NCBI GenBank assembly: GCA_965202625.1
Contig: CBDBBI010000010.1
Location: 320,001 to 384,000, forward strand
Source: a bacterium
GTDB lineage: Bacteria; UBA8248
Reading direction: 5' to 3'
DNA: 64,000 bases
Below are positions 1 through 9,313 of the stretch, piece by piece. The notes under the pieces are model-generated. The model was not told the origin of the DNA. It saw only the letters and a program-made list of their open reading frames with translations, and did not search any database. A program made the translations under genes and the position numbers. How positions within the stretch are numbered: the stretch's first letter is position 1; each line of letters starts with the position of its first letter.

Positions 1-2
1 GC

Positions 3-635
3 TATGTTCGCCCGCTCGTCTGGCTCGGCTATGGCTCTATGGGGGTGAACTCCAAGGGATCGCCCACTCATGCGATGGTCGCCGTCTGGAGCTGGGGGGC
101 ATATCTGGGTAAGGAGGGGCTGGAGAAGGGCATTCGCGTCAAGGTTTCATCCTTCACGTCTCACCACCCAAACAGCTACATGACGAAGGCGAAAACCACC
201 GGCAACTACGCCGTCAGCCAGATGGCGAAGCTCGAATCCGTGGCGTCGGGCTACGACGAGGCACTCATGCTGGATTCGGAGGGTCTGGTGGCCCAGGGAT
301 CGGGCGAGAACATATTCATCGTCCGAGACGGCGTGCTCAAGACTCCGCCGTTGCATGGGGTTCTGGCGGGAATTACGCGCGACACCATTATGCGTCTCGC
401 TGATGAGCAGGGTGTGGAGGTTCAGGTCGCCCCCTTCGCCCGTGACGAGGTTTACGTGGCGGATGAGGCTTTCTTCACTGGCACGGCGGCCGAGGTGACC
501 CCCATTCGGGAGGTGGACGGCAGGGACGTCGGTAAAGGAGAACCTGGTCCGCTGACGAAGAGAATCCAGTCCGCGTTCTTCGAAATTGTGAACGGACGCG
601 ACGAGAGTAAGCTCGATTGGCTGACGTTTATTTGA
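3..635 (+). CDS. ilvE: Branched-chain amino acid aminotransferase (5' truncated by window edge)
   Basis: Frame open from base 3 (YVRPLVWLGYGSMG...); class IV PLP motifs KAKTTGNY, GSGENIF, LAGITR, FFTGTAAEVTPI. Confidence 0.95.
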   Translation, partial: YVRPLVWLGYGSMGVNSKGSPTHAMVAVWSWGAYLGKEGLEKGIRVKVSSFTSHHPNSYMTKAKTTGNYAVSQMAKLESVASGYDEALMLDSEGLVAQGSGENIFIVRDGVLKTPPLHGVLAGITRDTIMRLADEQGVEVQVAPFARDEVYVADEAFFTGTAAEVTPIREVDGRDVGKGEPGPLTKRIQSAFFEIVNGRDESKLDWLTFI

Positions 636-654
636 GGAGAAGGAGAACTGCGAA

Positions 655-987
655 GTGCCGATCTACGAATATGAATGCGACGCATGTGGCGATGACCACG
701 AAATTATCCAGAAGATGGGGGCTCGTACGCTCAGGAAGTGCCCGAGTTGTGGTGCGCTCAAGCTCCGTCGCAAAATTTCCCGCTCCGCTTTCCATCTGAA
801 GGGAGCTGGCTGGTACGTGACGGATTACGCCTCGAAGGGTGAAACGAAGGAGGCGAACTCGGAGAGTGCTGTCTCCGATTCTCAATCGCAGGGCAAGTCT
901 GCCGAGAATAAAGAGGCGGCGGCCAAAGGCGGCGGCACCTCATCGGAGACCAAGAAGGAAAAGCCGTCGCCGGTCGCGACTGGCTAG
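655..987 (+). CDS. FmdB-family zinc-ribbon protein
   Basis: MPIYEYECDAC...CPSCG...FHLKGAGWYVTDY signature, low-complexity S/K/E tail; RBS GAAGGAG upstream. Confidence 0.92.
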   Translation: MPIYEYECDACGDDHEIIQKMGARTLRKCPSCGALKLRRKISRSAFHLKGAGWYVTDYASKGETKEANSESAVSDSQSQGKSAENKEAAAKGGGTSSETKKEKPSPVATG

Positions 988-1757
988 TTTTGGGGGAGAA
1001 ACGCCACCATTCTTACGATGCAGCCGTCGCCGCCCGTCCAGCGCCAGGGAAAGGCGGCGACGGCGAAGCGTTTGCCTACGACTTTGTCGATGTCTCCCCC
1101 CACGTTCTCGAAACCCACGATTCCGTTTCCCAGAAGCGCACGGTGGCAAGGCTCCCAGTCGGGGAAATCCGCGCTCACGGCGCGGCCGAAGCGCTTTTCG
1201 TATTCATCCAAGGTGAAGGGGCAGATGGGCTGAGGCCCCCAAGCGATTTTCGTGCCTAATGGATGGTCGAGCGCTTGTTGGTCCACGCCCACGCCCTTCA
1301 CGCCGCGTTCCACGAGCCATTCGCCCGCCTCCCTGTAGAGGCCGGGGGAGTAGATGAAGTACTTGGTTTTGTCGCCGTAATGACGGTGCCAACCGGTATG
1401 CACGATGACGATGTCGCCCGGCTGAATCTCCGGTCTTGCGCTCTCGAGGTCCTCCGACGTGATGACTTCCCACTCCTCTTTCGGAATGTCCACACAGACC
1501 GCATTGCCGAAATAGCTTTGCAGTGGCATCTGATCCATGAACGGGGCACCCTCGATGACGTGGGCGGGAGCGTCGGTGTGGGTGGTGCAGTGCATGAAGG
1601 TAGTGATTTGCTGACTCAGCACCTGGCTTTTGGCGTGGTAGTGAAATCTTTCGATCTTAATATCCGGGAAATAGGGCCACAGCGGGGCACCGTGACCCCA
1701 GGGATGGCTTAAGTCGATGAGGTCGTATCTATCTAGGCGATCCGTGTCGATGATCAT
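984..1757 (-). CDS. Cyclase family metal-dependent hydrolase (kynurenine formamidase-like)
   Basis: DLSHP, HCTTHTDAP, GDIVIVHTGW, GVDQQALDH, GFEN, GDGCIVR motifs; start placed at MIIDTD (ATG 1757). Confidence 0.9.
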   Translation of the reverse strand: MIIDTDRLDRYDLIDLSHPWGHGAPLWPYFPDIKIERFHYHAKSQVLSQQITTFMHCTTHTDAPAHVIEGAPFMDQMPLQSYFGNAVCVDIPKEEWEVITSEDLESARPEIQPGDIVIVHTGWHRHYGDKTKYFIYSPGLYREAGEWLVERGVKGVGVDQQALDHPLGTKIAWGPQPICPFTLDEYEKRFGRAVSADFPDWEPCHRALLGNGIVGFENVGGDIDKVVGKRFAVAAFPWRWTGGDGCIVRMVAFLPQN

Positions 1758-2177
1758 CGCATCTTCATCCTTTCGAGAAAGATGGGAGAAGTTTGTCGAT
1801 GGCTTTGGGCGTAGCGCTAATGTAGCAAATATGGGTGGATCCTGCCATGAACGCGCGTTTTGCGCGGCGGGTAAGGGGAATGCTGAAGCACCCACGGCCC
1901 TTGGGGTTGCGCGTTCGGTGGTGAAGGAGCGAGCGAATGCGGGTTTGCGCGCGCGTCCTCTCTTACGTCGAGACGGAGAGATTGTTGGTCTTGCGGGGGT
2001 GCGCTCGGTTCTCACATTGGAAGCCAAAGGAGCGTGGAACCTAGTCTCGTGTTCTTCTTCGCTCCAGCCCATTTAGGCACATCTTTGGCGGATATGCTTT
2101 CAGCCGCAGACGTGGTATTCTTATGCAGGCGTGGGTCTCCACCTCCGAGTTGACGCCGCAGTTGTTGCTCTCTTTCT

Positions 2178-2264
2178 GCCGGAGTGGCGGAATTGGTAGA
2201 CGCAGTGGACTCAAAATCCACCGGGGGAGACCCCTTGCCGGTTCGAGTCCGGCCTCCGGCACCA
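2178..2264 (+). tRNA. tRNA-Leu(CAA)
   Basis: GCCGGAG acceptor stem, D-loop GGAATTGGTAGAC, anticodon arm GTGGA-CTCAAAA-TCCAC, long variable arm, GGTTCGAGTCC T-arm, encoded CCA. Confidence 0.98.
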
Positions 2265-2314
2265 GCGTGCCGGACCGTATATGAGGAAATACCCTGCGAG
2301 GTAGAAAAATCTTC

Positions 2315-3430
2315 ATGCGCGTCCCCCTCTATGACCTTGAAGCGCAAAACGTGCAGCTGAAATCGCAGATGCTGGCGGCAATCGAAAAGGTGATGGACCG
2401 CCAAGAGTTCATCATGGGTGAGGAGCTCGGCGCCTTCGAATCCGAGATGGCGGACTATTGTGGTGTAGCTCACGCCCTCGGCGTCTCCTCGGGCACGGAC
2501 GCCCTGCTGCTCGCACTGATGGCGAACGACGTCCACCCCGGAGATGAAATTATCACGTCGCCGTTCACGTTTTTCGCCACTGCGGGCGTCATTCGCCGTC
2601 TGGGTGCGAAGCCCGTCTTTGTGGATATCGACCCCGACACGTTCCACCTCGCTCCAGAGTGGGTGGAGGAGGCCATCACGCCGTATACGCGGGGGATCGT
2701 TCCCGTTCACCTCTATGGCCGCTGCGCACCGATGGCGGAGATTCTCGAAATCGCAGAGCGTCGTCAGCTCTTTGTTGTGGAGGACGCCGCCCAATCCGTC
2801 GGTGCGCGGACGAGCCTGGGTGCTGCAGGCGCGATGGGAGACGTGGGTTGCCTCTCTTTTTATCCGACCAAGAATCTGAGTGCGCTCGGTGACGCCGGCA
2901 TGGTTTTAAGCGGAGACGGCGGGCTGTTCGAACGGATGCGTAGGCTCAGGGTTCACGGCTCGCCTGATAATTCCACTTATTTTGAAGCGGGGGGGAATTT
3001 TAGAATGGACACGGTGCAGGCGGCTGTTTTGTCGATCAAACTCAAGCACCTGGATGTGTGGAACGAGCAGAGACGGGAAAACGCGCGAAAATATCAGGAA
3101 ATGTTCGCGGCCGGCGGCATCATTGGGGAGCGTTTCATCCCGCCGGCGATTCCCGGCGAGGGGCATGTGTTTCACCAATACGTGGTTCGCGCGCCCGATC
3201 GGGACGCGCTGTGGGAGTATTTATCTCGAAATGGTGTCGGGTGTGGCGTGTATTATACGCCTCCCCTGCACCTTCAGCCCTGCTTTGATGAATACCGCAA
3301 GGGGGATTTTCCAGAGACCGAGGCCACGGCGGCCCAGGTTTTGTCCCTTCCTGTCTATCCTGAGCTGTCCGACGCGGACCTGGAGATAGTGGCGGAGACG
3401 GTGATTCGGTTTTTTACGTCCTCTTCGTAG
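2315..3430 (+). CDS. DegT/DnrJ/EryC1/StrS family sugar aminotransferase
   Basis: SSGTDAL, PFTFFAT, VHLYG, EDAAQS, SFYPTKNL(PLP Lys)-GDAG, LSLPVYP. Confidence 0.95.
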   Translation: MRVPLYDLEAQNVQLKSQMLAAIEKVMDRQEFIMGEELGAFESEMADYCGVAHALGVSSGTDALLLALMANDVHPGDEIITSPFTFFATAGVIRRLGAKPVFVDIDPDTFHLAPEWVEEAITPYTRGIVPVHLYGRCAPMAEILEIAERRQLFVVEDAAQSVGARTSLGAAGAMGDVGCLSFYPTKNLSALGDAGMVLSGDGGLFERMRRLRVHGSPDNSTYFEAGGNFRMDTVQAAVLSIKLKHLDVWNEQRRENARKYQEMFAAGGIIGERFIPPAIPGEGHVFHQYVVRAPDRDALWEYLSRNGVGCGVYYTPPLHLQPCFDEYRKGDFPETEATAAQVLSLPVYPELSDADLEIVAETVIRFFTSSS

Positions 3431-3846
3431 CGGCGAAAGCAGAATCCGTTCTTGAAGGATCAATCTATCCCCGTCAGAAGGGGGAATGCGCCCGCGCGGC
3501 GGGGATAGCGGATTTTGTTTTGCTCGAAGATTCAACCCTGCCCGCGCGCGATGAATTCTTCAACGCCTGGCGCATTCAGGGCGACGCGGTGAAAATCGAC
3601 ATGGGTGGCCCTGTCGCGAGAGCGCGATCAGATTCGCACCGAGCGAGCCGAGCGATAGGTGCAGGCCGACATTTAGAACGCAGCGCGCTATCGGCAGCGG
3701 CAGCGCCGGTATCCTCATCAAGCGCGAACCCTTCGACTTCGACGCCCCCTTCTAGCCGCAATAACCGCCGCCCTCGCCCCACAAAACCCCATAAACCATT
3801 CCGAAACACATACAAAGCACGTTTAGGTGGCGCGAGGATTTTGCTA

Positions 3847-4257
3847 TCAGCTTTTCAGAGTGAGGTAGAGGAGCGCCAGAAGGAGCCCTCCGATGCCGAA
3901 CCAGAGGATTCTCCCCTCCGTTTTGAGGTAACTCCGCCATTCCGTCTGATCGTATTCGGTGAACGATTTCCTGCGCGCGTCTGAGTTTTGGGTGCCGGTC
4001 ATTTCTTGGTACAAGTCTTTCTCCCGAGGATCATTCTCTCTTTGTCGCTGGCGGCTCTGTGCCGTCCAGTTCAAAAGGGCGAAATAAGAGAGGAAAACAG
4101 TGATTGCTAGAAGACCGGTGATTCGAGCGGCGATGTGATCGCCAAAAATCCAGCTTCCGATTCCCACGCCCAGAATGACGAGAAGAAAAACGGGGGAACA
4201 ACCCGTGAGCATGTTCTCTCCCATGCTTGTGAAAAGCGTCGATGAGCCACGCTTCAC
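3847..4257 (-). CDS. Hypothetical membrane protein (about 3 TM segments)
   Basis: ORF directly downstream of plsY on the same strand; three hydrophobic stretches; no family recognised. Confidence 0.6.
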   Translation of the reverse strand: MKRGSSTLFTSMGENMLTGCSPVFLLVILGVGIGSWIFGDHIAARITGLLAITVFLSYFALLNWTAQSRQRQRENDPREKDLYQEMTGTQNSDARRKSFTEYDQTEWRSYLKTEGRILWFGIGGLLLALLYLTLKS

Positions 4258-4293
4258 GAGACGGTTTATGGTTTGTCGTTTCTGGAAGAAGCC

Positions 4294-4902
4294 TTATCCC
4301 TTCTTCCGGCCGATGCGGTTCTCCTCCCCGCGCATTAATCGTCCGATGTTATCCTGGTGCTTCCAGATCACAAACGCCGATACCACGCTGGACAGGGCGT
4401 ACACCACGTTGGGGTAGCCCATCATGAGGCTCGCCGCTGGTGCTGTCGCCGCGGCGAGAATGGAGCCGAGAGACACGTATCGCGTAGAGGCAACGGCGAG
4501 GAGGAACACGAGGGTGGCGAGTGCCGTCGGCCCCGGAATGAGAAGCGCGAACGCGCCTAAGCCGGTAGCGACGCCTTTGCCCCCTCGAAAGCCCGTGAAT
4601 GGCGAATACATGTGGCCGAGCACCGCCGCTAGGGCGGCGACAGGTTCGAGGGCGGGGGAGGCGACGCGTGAGGTCACGTAGCGGGCGAAGAGGATAGCCG
4701 CGACCCCCTTGAGCGCATCGAGTGTCAAGGTGAGAATTCCGTTTTTCCATCCGCTTGTTCGCCAAACGTTCGTCGTGCCAATGTTGCCGCTTCCCGATTT
4801 TCGTGGGTCTGCAACGCCCAGAAATCGAGTGATCACCACCCCGAAGGGAATGGCGCCCAGGCATCCACCAATCAGGATGACGAGCAGAAAGGCGGGAATC
4901 AA
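4294..4902 (-). CDS. plsY: Glycerol-3-phosphate acyltransferase PlsY
   Basis: GSGNIGTTNV, DALKG, GHMYS...GGKGVATG, HQDNIGRL motifs; TTG start overlapping pgsA stop. Confidence 0.95.
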   Translation of the reverse strand: MIPAFLLVILIGGCLGAIPFGVVITRFLGVADPRKSGSGNIGTTNVWRTSGWKNGILTLTLDALKGVAAILFARYVTSRVASPALEPVAALAAVLGHMYSPFTGFRGGKGVATGLGAFALLIPGPTALATLVFLLAVASTRYVSLGSILAAATAPAASLMMGYPNVVYALSSVVSAFVIWKHQDNIGRLMRGEENRIGRKKG

Positions 4903-5507
4903 GAGAAATCTCGAATGATGCGCCCAAAATAATCGGTCGCAGAGATTACCGCTGTTATCATGGCACCCCAAATTAAGATGGTGCCCGAGGGGGGGAATAT
5001 GTCCAAGATCAGTAGAAAGATCGCCGGAACTTCCAGCCCCATCTTGATTTTCCCGAGCACACCCGCCGGCACCACTACGCCCTGGCGGACGGCCACGGCG
5101 CGCAGGGCAGTCACCAGAAGTTCTCGTCCCATGAGTATTCCCACGATCCAAGCGTCCACCCTTCCAAGTGACACTAGGGGAAGTAAAGCGGCGAGGATCA
5201 GCAATTTGTCGGCCACGGGATCGAGAATTTCCCCCAATGGGGTCACCTGGTTGCGCGTTCTAGCCAGGTGGCCGTCGAGCCAGTCCGTGAAGGCGGCCAT
5301 CACGAACAGGCCGGCCGCGAAGTATTGCGCGGGAGGTGAGCCTTGCAGCAGGAACAGGACGAACAGCGGTACCATCAGGATGCGGGTGAGGGTGAGCCTG
5401 TTGGCGAGTGTGAATTTTTTTCCCGTTCCGCTCGCGATGAGGCGCGAGGTCGCATCCCGCCAGCCGGCGGGGGAGGCGACCGGATTCTCTTCTTTCGCCT
5501 TGGACAT
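4899..5507 (-). CDS. pgsA: CDP-diacylglycerol--glycerol-3-phosphate 3-phosphatidyltransferase
   Basis: NRLTLTRI, TDWLDGHLAR...GEILDPVADK, GRELLVTALR, GKIKM. Confidence 0.95.
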   Translation of the reverse strand: MSKAKEENPVASPAGWRDATSRLIASGTGKKFTLANRLTLTRILMVPLFVLFLLQGSPPAQYFAAGLFVMAAFTDWLDGHLARTRNQVTPLGEILDPVADKLLILAALLPLVSLGRVDAWIVGILMGRELLVTALRAVAVRQGVVVPAGVLGKIKMGLEVPAIFLLILDIFPPSGTILIWGAMITAVISATDYFGRIIRDFS

Positions 5508-5509
5508 GA

Positions 5510-6493
5510 TTAGCTCAGATAATCATGCAGCGTTTGGTGGCTGCCCTGCGCGCGAAAGCGATGGATCACCTTTTTTTCGATTTGTCGGACCCTTTCGCGC
5601 GATAGATGGAGTTTGCGTCCGATTTCCTCAAGCGTCATCGCTTCTCCATCGAAGCCATAACGCATCCGAACGATGTCGCGCTCTCTAGGGTCAAGCTCCG
5701 CAAGGAGGTCTTCCACCTCCTCCTCAAGCAAATGTTGCGTTACGCTTGCTTCAGCAGAGGCGACGCTTCGCTCTTCAAGCAAGTCGAGATAGCTGGTGTC
5801 ATCCTCCGGAGAGAGCGGGGCGTCGAGGGAGAGATAGTTCTGGTTGGCGCGCATGAGTTTCTCGATGTCCGCCACTTTCATGCCCAGACGCTCGGACAAC
5901 TCGGAGGTCGTTGGCTCCCGTTCGAATTCCTGCCTGAGCTTCTCTCGGATTATGGAGATTTTGTGAAGAAGACCGGCCTGCTTGACGGGGAGCCTCACCG
6001 CATTCTTTTGCTCCGCTAGCGCGTGCATGATGCTTTGTCGAATCCACCATACGGCGTAGGTGATAAGCTTCACGCCACGTTCGGGCTCAAAACGTTTGAT
6101 CGCGTTGAGCAGACCGATGTTCCCCTCGTTGATCAAATCCTCAAGCGAGAGTCCAAAAACCTTGTAGCGGTTCGCCACGCTGACGACGTATCTTAAGTTT
6201 GAGCGGACGAGCTGGTCGAATGCTTTCTCGTCTCCCTTCCTCGCCCTGAGGGCGAGCGCGTGCTCCTCCGCGCGCGTGAGGATGGGGTGGGCGCCGATCT
6301 CGCTCATGTAGAGGGATAACGTGTCCGGGCGGGAAGAGGCGGACGTCTCCTCATCGAAATCGTCCGATGAGGAAGCGAGGACGGGTGTGTCGGCGGTTTT
6401 GCTTACCGGGGGGGAATCACCTGGCTTCATCTCGGGTGCGCCTCCATGCGCGGCAGATGAATTTTTGTCTCGAAGATCGCCGGCGCCAGGCAT
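5510..6493 (-). CDS. RNA polymerase sigma-70 factor, RpoD/RpoS-like (lacks region 1.1)
   Basis: NLRYVVSVA, DLINEGNIGL, TYAVWWIRQ, region 4 TLEEIG...SRERVRQIE. Confidence 0.93.
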   Translation of the reverse strand: MPGAGDLRDKNSSAAHGGAPEMKPGDSPPVSKTADTPVLASSSDDFDEETSASSRPDTLSLYMSEIGAHPILTRAEEHALALRARKGDEKAFDQLVRSNLRYVVSVANRYKVFGLSLEDLINEGNIGLLNAIKRFEPERGVKLITYAVWWIRQSIMHALAEQKNAVRLPVKQAGLLHKISIIREKLRQEFEREPTTSELSERLGMKVADIEKLMRANQNYLSLDAPLSPEDDTSYLDLLEERSVASAEASVTQHLLEEEVEDLLAELDPRERDIVRMRYGFDGEAMTLEEIGRKLHLSRERVRQIEKKVIHRFRAQGSHQTLHDYLS

Positions 6494-6543
6494 TGAGGGT
6501 TACCCGAACCGGGCGGAGTCGCTTGGAGAAGCGGGGCGAGAGC

Positions 6544-7329
6544 TCACTTCCTGCCCGTGAGTGCGAGGAGTCTATCGTACGCCAGCGTGGCGTGTTGATC
6601 GTCAGGGTATGATCGTAAAAGGGAATGATAGACTTCCCCCGCCTTTTTGAAACTCTCCTCTATCCTGTAGCTCTCCGCGAGATTGTAGAGGGCTTCGGCC
6701 CGAACGTTGGGGACGTCCTTGAAATCCTGAATGATTTTTTTGTAGCGCGGAATCGCGGAGACGCGCAGATTGGTTTTGAAATAAAAGTTTGCGATGAATA
6801 TGGCGTGTTTGGCGAGGTGCTCTCTCAATTCCGCTATTTTTTGTTTCGCGTCGGCGGCGTACTCAGAGCGAGGAAAGCGACTCACGAGAGTTTGAAAGTT
6901 TCTGAGTGCGTCTTGCGCAACGGATTCGTCCTGGTCGATCTCCAAATTCCGCTGATAGTCACTCATGGCGAGGAAATAATACGCTTTCGGCGTTCCAGTG
7001 CTCACGGGATACAAACGCACGTATTCAGAGTATTGCAGCTTTGATTCAATATATTCTTCCTCGTAGTAGTACGAATCCGCTAGGCGCAGCAGCGCGTTCC
7101 TGCGGTGCTTGCTGTCCGGATATTCCCTCAGCAGACGCTTGAACGCGAGGCGTGCCGCCTCGAAGCGCTCAGCGCGCAAATCCTCCTCGCCGATGATCAA
7201 CAATTCTCCGGGCGATGCTTGCTTCTTCGGGAGCGAGACACACGCGCTCAGGATGAGAAGTAGACAAGCTAGGGAGAAAAAAATAAAAGCGGCATGAAGT
7301 ATAGTGCGAAGTGTAGTGCGATGGGGCAT
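6544..7329 (-). CDS. bamD: Outer membrane protein assembly factor BamD
   Basis: Lipobox LSAC, TPR pattern, 'YP.S', IANFYFK...SAIPRY typical of BamD; start at MPHRTT is a best guess. Confidence 0.88.
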   Translation of the reverse strand: MPHRTTLRTILHAAFIFFSLACLLLILSACVSLPKKQASPGELLIIGEEDLRAERFEAARLAFKRLLREYPDSKHRRNALLRLADSYYYEEEYIESKLQYSEYVRLYPVSTGTPKAYYFLAMSDYQRNLEIDQDESVAQDALRNFQTLVSRFPRSEYAADAKQKIAELREHLAKHAIFIANFYFKTNLRVSAIPRYKKIIQDFKDVPNVRAEALYNLAESYRIEESFKKAGEVYHSLLRSYPDDQHATLAYDRLLALTGRK

Positions 7330-7378
7330 CGTATTCTTTATCCAAAAAGTAAAATGGCGCTGCACGCCTCCAATCTGA

Positions 7379-7408
7379 ATCTTAGGAGAGCATCGGAATG
7401 GGTGTCAA
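7379..7408 (-). promoter_or_regulatory. Putative sigma70 promoter for bamD operon
   Basis: Minus strand TTGACA-18 nt-TAAGAT upstream of bamD. Confidence 0.6.
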
Positions 7409-7421
7409 GAATCCCTTGATT

Positions 7422-9200
7422 CTAGCGGCGAATGATGAGCGTGTTTCCGGGAAAAATCTTCGCCGAGGTGTCCAGCTGGTTCCATAAGAGGAGGGATTTG
7501 CTTGAAACGCCGTATCGTTTGGCGATGAGCCAGATGTTCTCTCCCCGGCCGACGAGGTGGCGCCACGTTTTATCGTTCCCTGTTTTCCTGACGCGCTTTG
7601 CTTTTGTGAAACCCCTTTTGGATGGAAGGTGAATCTTCATCCCGACCCGTATGCGTTTTGGGCGGAGCTTCGGGTTGAGGCGAGTCAGTTGTCGGGTGGA
7701 GACGTTGTACTTTTGAGCAATTCGCCAGAAGCTTTCGCCTCGCTGGACGATATGCGTATTCGGGAGCTTCCCATTTCTCGGTGCGGGTTTTCGCTGGAGG
7801 ACTCTCCTGCTTCTTATGGGTTTGGGGAGAATCAACTTGGTGCCCGGTCGAAGCTTTCGGGGCTGGAGATGGGCGTTCATCTCCAGCAGGTTGGGCAAGG
7901 GAATTCGAAATCTTCGAGCGATGACGTCGAAAGTGTCGCCCCTCTGTATTCGGTAATGGCCACGCGCCACAAGATATTCCTTGGGCAGCCTCGCTAGTTT
8001 CGCGACGACCTTCTTCGCATCTCCATTTGGCAGAAAAATACGGTATCCCTTGATCGGAGGGGTGATGGAGGTTCTCAACTCCGCGTTGATTTCCCTCAAG
8101 GCACGCAAGGAAACGTTCGACACGCGGGAGATCTTTCTGAGATTGACGACGTTAGGGAGCAGGACGGTTTGGTAATCCCAAGGGGCGTCATAACGGACGC
8201 CCACGAAACCGAAAACCTCTGGGTTTTTTGCAATTATCATCCCCGCCAGGTATTTGGCGACATAGTGGCGTGTCTCCCTAGGCAGGTATCTTGTTCTGAC
8301 GAGCGACCAGTAGTCCTTTTTCCTCGATCCACGCATAGCTTTGAAGATGCGGTTCTCGCCCGCATTGTATCCGGCGAGCGCCAGGTGCCAGTCGCCAAAT
8401 TTGGCGTAGAGTTCCGCTAGGTACTTTGAGGCTGCACGGGTGGATTTTATCGGGTGCCGGCGCTCATCCACGTAGAAGTTGATTTTCAGCCCCATCATCC
8501 TCGCCGTGCTCGGCATGAACTGCCATGGACCGACGGCGCCTGCCCTGGAGCGCGCTTTGAGGCTGAAGCCGCTCTCGATCAGGGCGAGGTAAGCCAGGTC
8601 TTGTGGTAAGCCGCGTTCCCTCAAAATCTCGCGGAACATTTTGATGTAGCGTCCGCTTCTGCTCAGCCAAAGCGAGAAAGTAGTGCGTCCGGGGCCTGTG
8701 AAATACTCGATCCACCTGTCTACAATGGTATTGCGTACGACGGGTACGTCATACAAAAACGCCTTGGGCGCCTTCGCGGCCTGCTTTGGCAGAGGATCGA
8801 AATTTTTTTCGATTTCAGGCACTGGTAAGCTGATGTCGTGAGGGGAGGGAGCAGAATTTTCGTCCGCTTTCGCCTTCTCATCTCTTGCTTCTAGGGCGTC
8901 CGGCCGCTTTGCTGTTTGGACTGTCTCAGGGTTGTATCTTCCGGTTTTTCCGTCCTTCGCATCCTTGATGGGGGCGGCGAAGTTCGTGAAGGTCACGGCG
9001 CTTGGCAATTTTTTCTCACCTGGCCCGGGCGACCCGCCTTTGAGGGGAAAGGAGACGGGTGTCCGGGAGAGAACGGGAACTTGTACTCTCACCGATCTGT
9101 TTTTCTGTAAATCGCTCGGCGGAACCTCGTTCTCGACGACAGCCGTTGCGCTACAGCCTGTGGAGAGTATGGAGATGAGAAGAATACATCCTCGCCTCAT
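7422..9200 (-). CDS. mltD: Membrane-bound lytic murein transglycosylase D-like (SLT + 3 LysM)
   Basis: Lipobox STGC, LIESGF, AVGPWQFM, LAGYNAGE, ETRHYV; three LysM repeats; start at MRRGCI (9200). Confidence 0.9.
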   Translation of the reverse strand: MRRGCILLISILSTGCSATAVVENEVPPSDLQKNRSVRVQVPVLSRTPVSFPLKGGSPGPGEKKLPSAVTFTNFAAPIKDAKDGKTGRYNPETVQTAKRPDALEARDEKAKADENSAPSPHDISLPVPEIEKNFDPLPKQAAKAPKAFLYDVPVVRNTIVDRWIEYFTGPGRTTFSLWLSRSGRYIKMFREILRERGLPQDLAYLALIESGFSLKARSRAGAVGPWQFMPSTARMMGLKINFYVDERRHPIKSTRAASKYLAELYAKFGDWHLALAGYNAGENRIFKAMRGSRKKDYWSLVRTRYLPRETRHYVAKYLAGMIIAKNPEVFGFVGVRYDAPWDYQTVLLPNVVNLRKISRVSNVSLRALREINAELRTSITPPIKGYRIFLPNGDAKKVVAKLARLPKEYLVARGHYRIQRGDTFDVIARRFRIPLPNLLEMNAHLQPRKLRPGTKLILPKPIRSRRVLQRKPAPRNGKLPNTHIVQRGESFWRIAQKYNVSTRQLTRLNPKLRPKRIRVGMKIHLPSKRGFTKAKRVRKTGNDKTWRHLVGRGENIWLIAKRYGVSSKSLLLWNQLDTSAKIFPGNTLIIRR

Positions 9201-9313
9201 AACCGAGAAGGTTTTTCCTTGGTTTTTCAATCGTTTTCCAATTCCAAAAGGACGGAGACAGCCATTCCATACTCGGAGAGAATAACAGCCATTGACGCGC
9301 TTGGTCAAATTGC

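Noticed and set aside
2178-3850. tRNA-Leu as integration site of a genomic island
   Set aside because: No integrase and no duplicate of the tRNA 3' end noticed in the window
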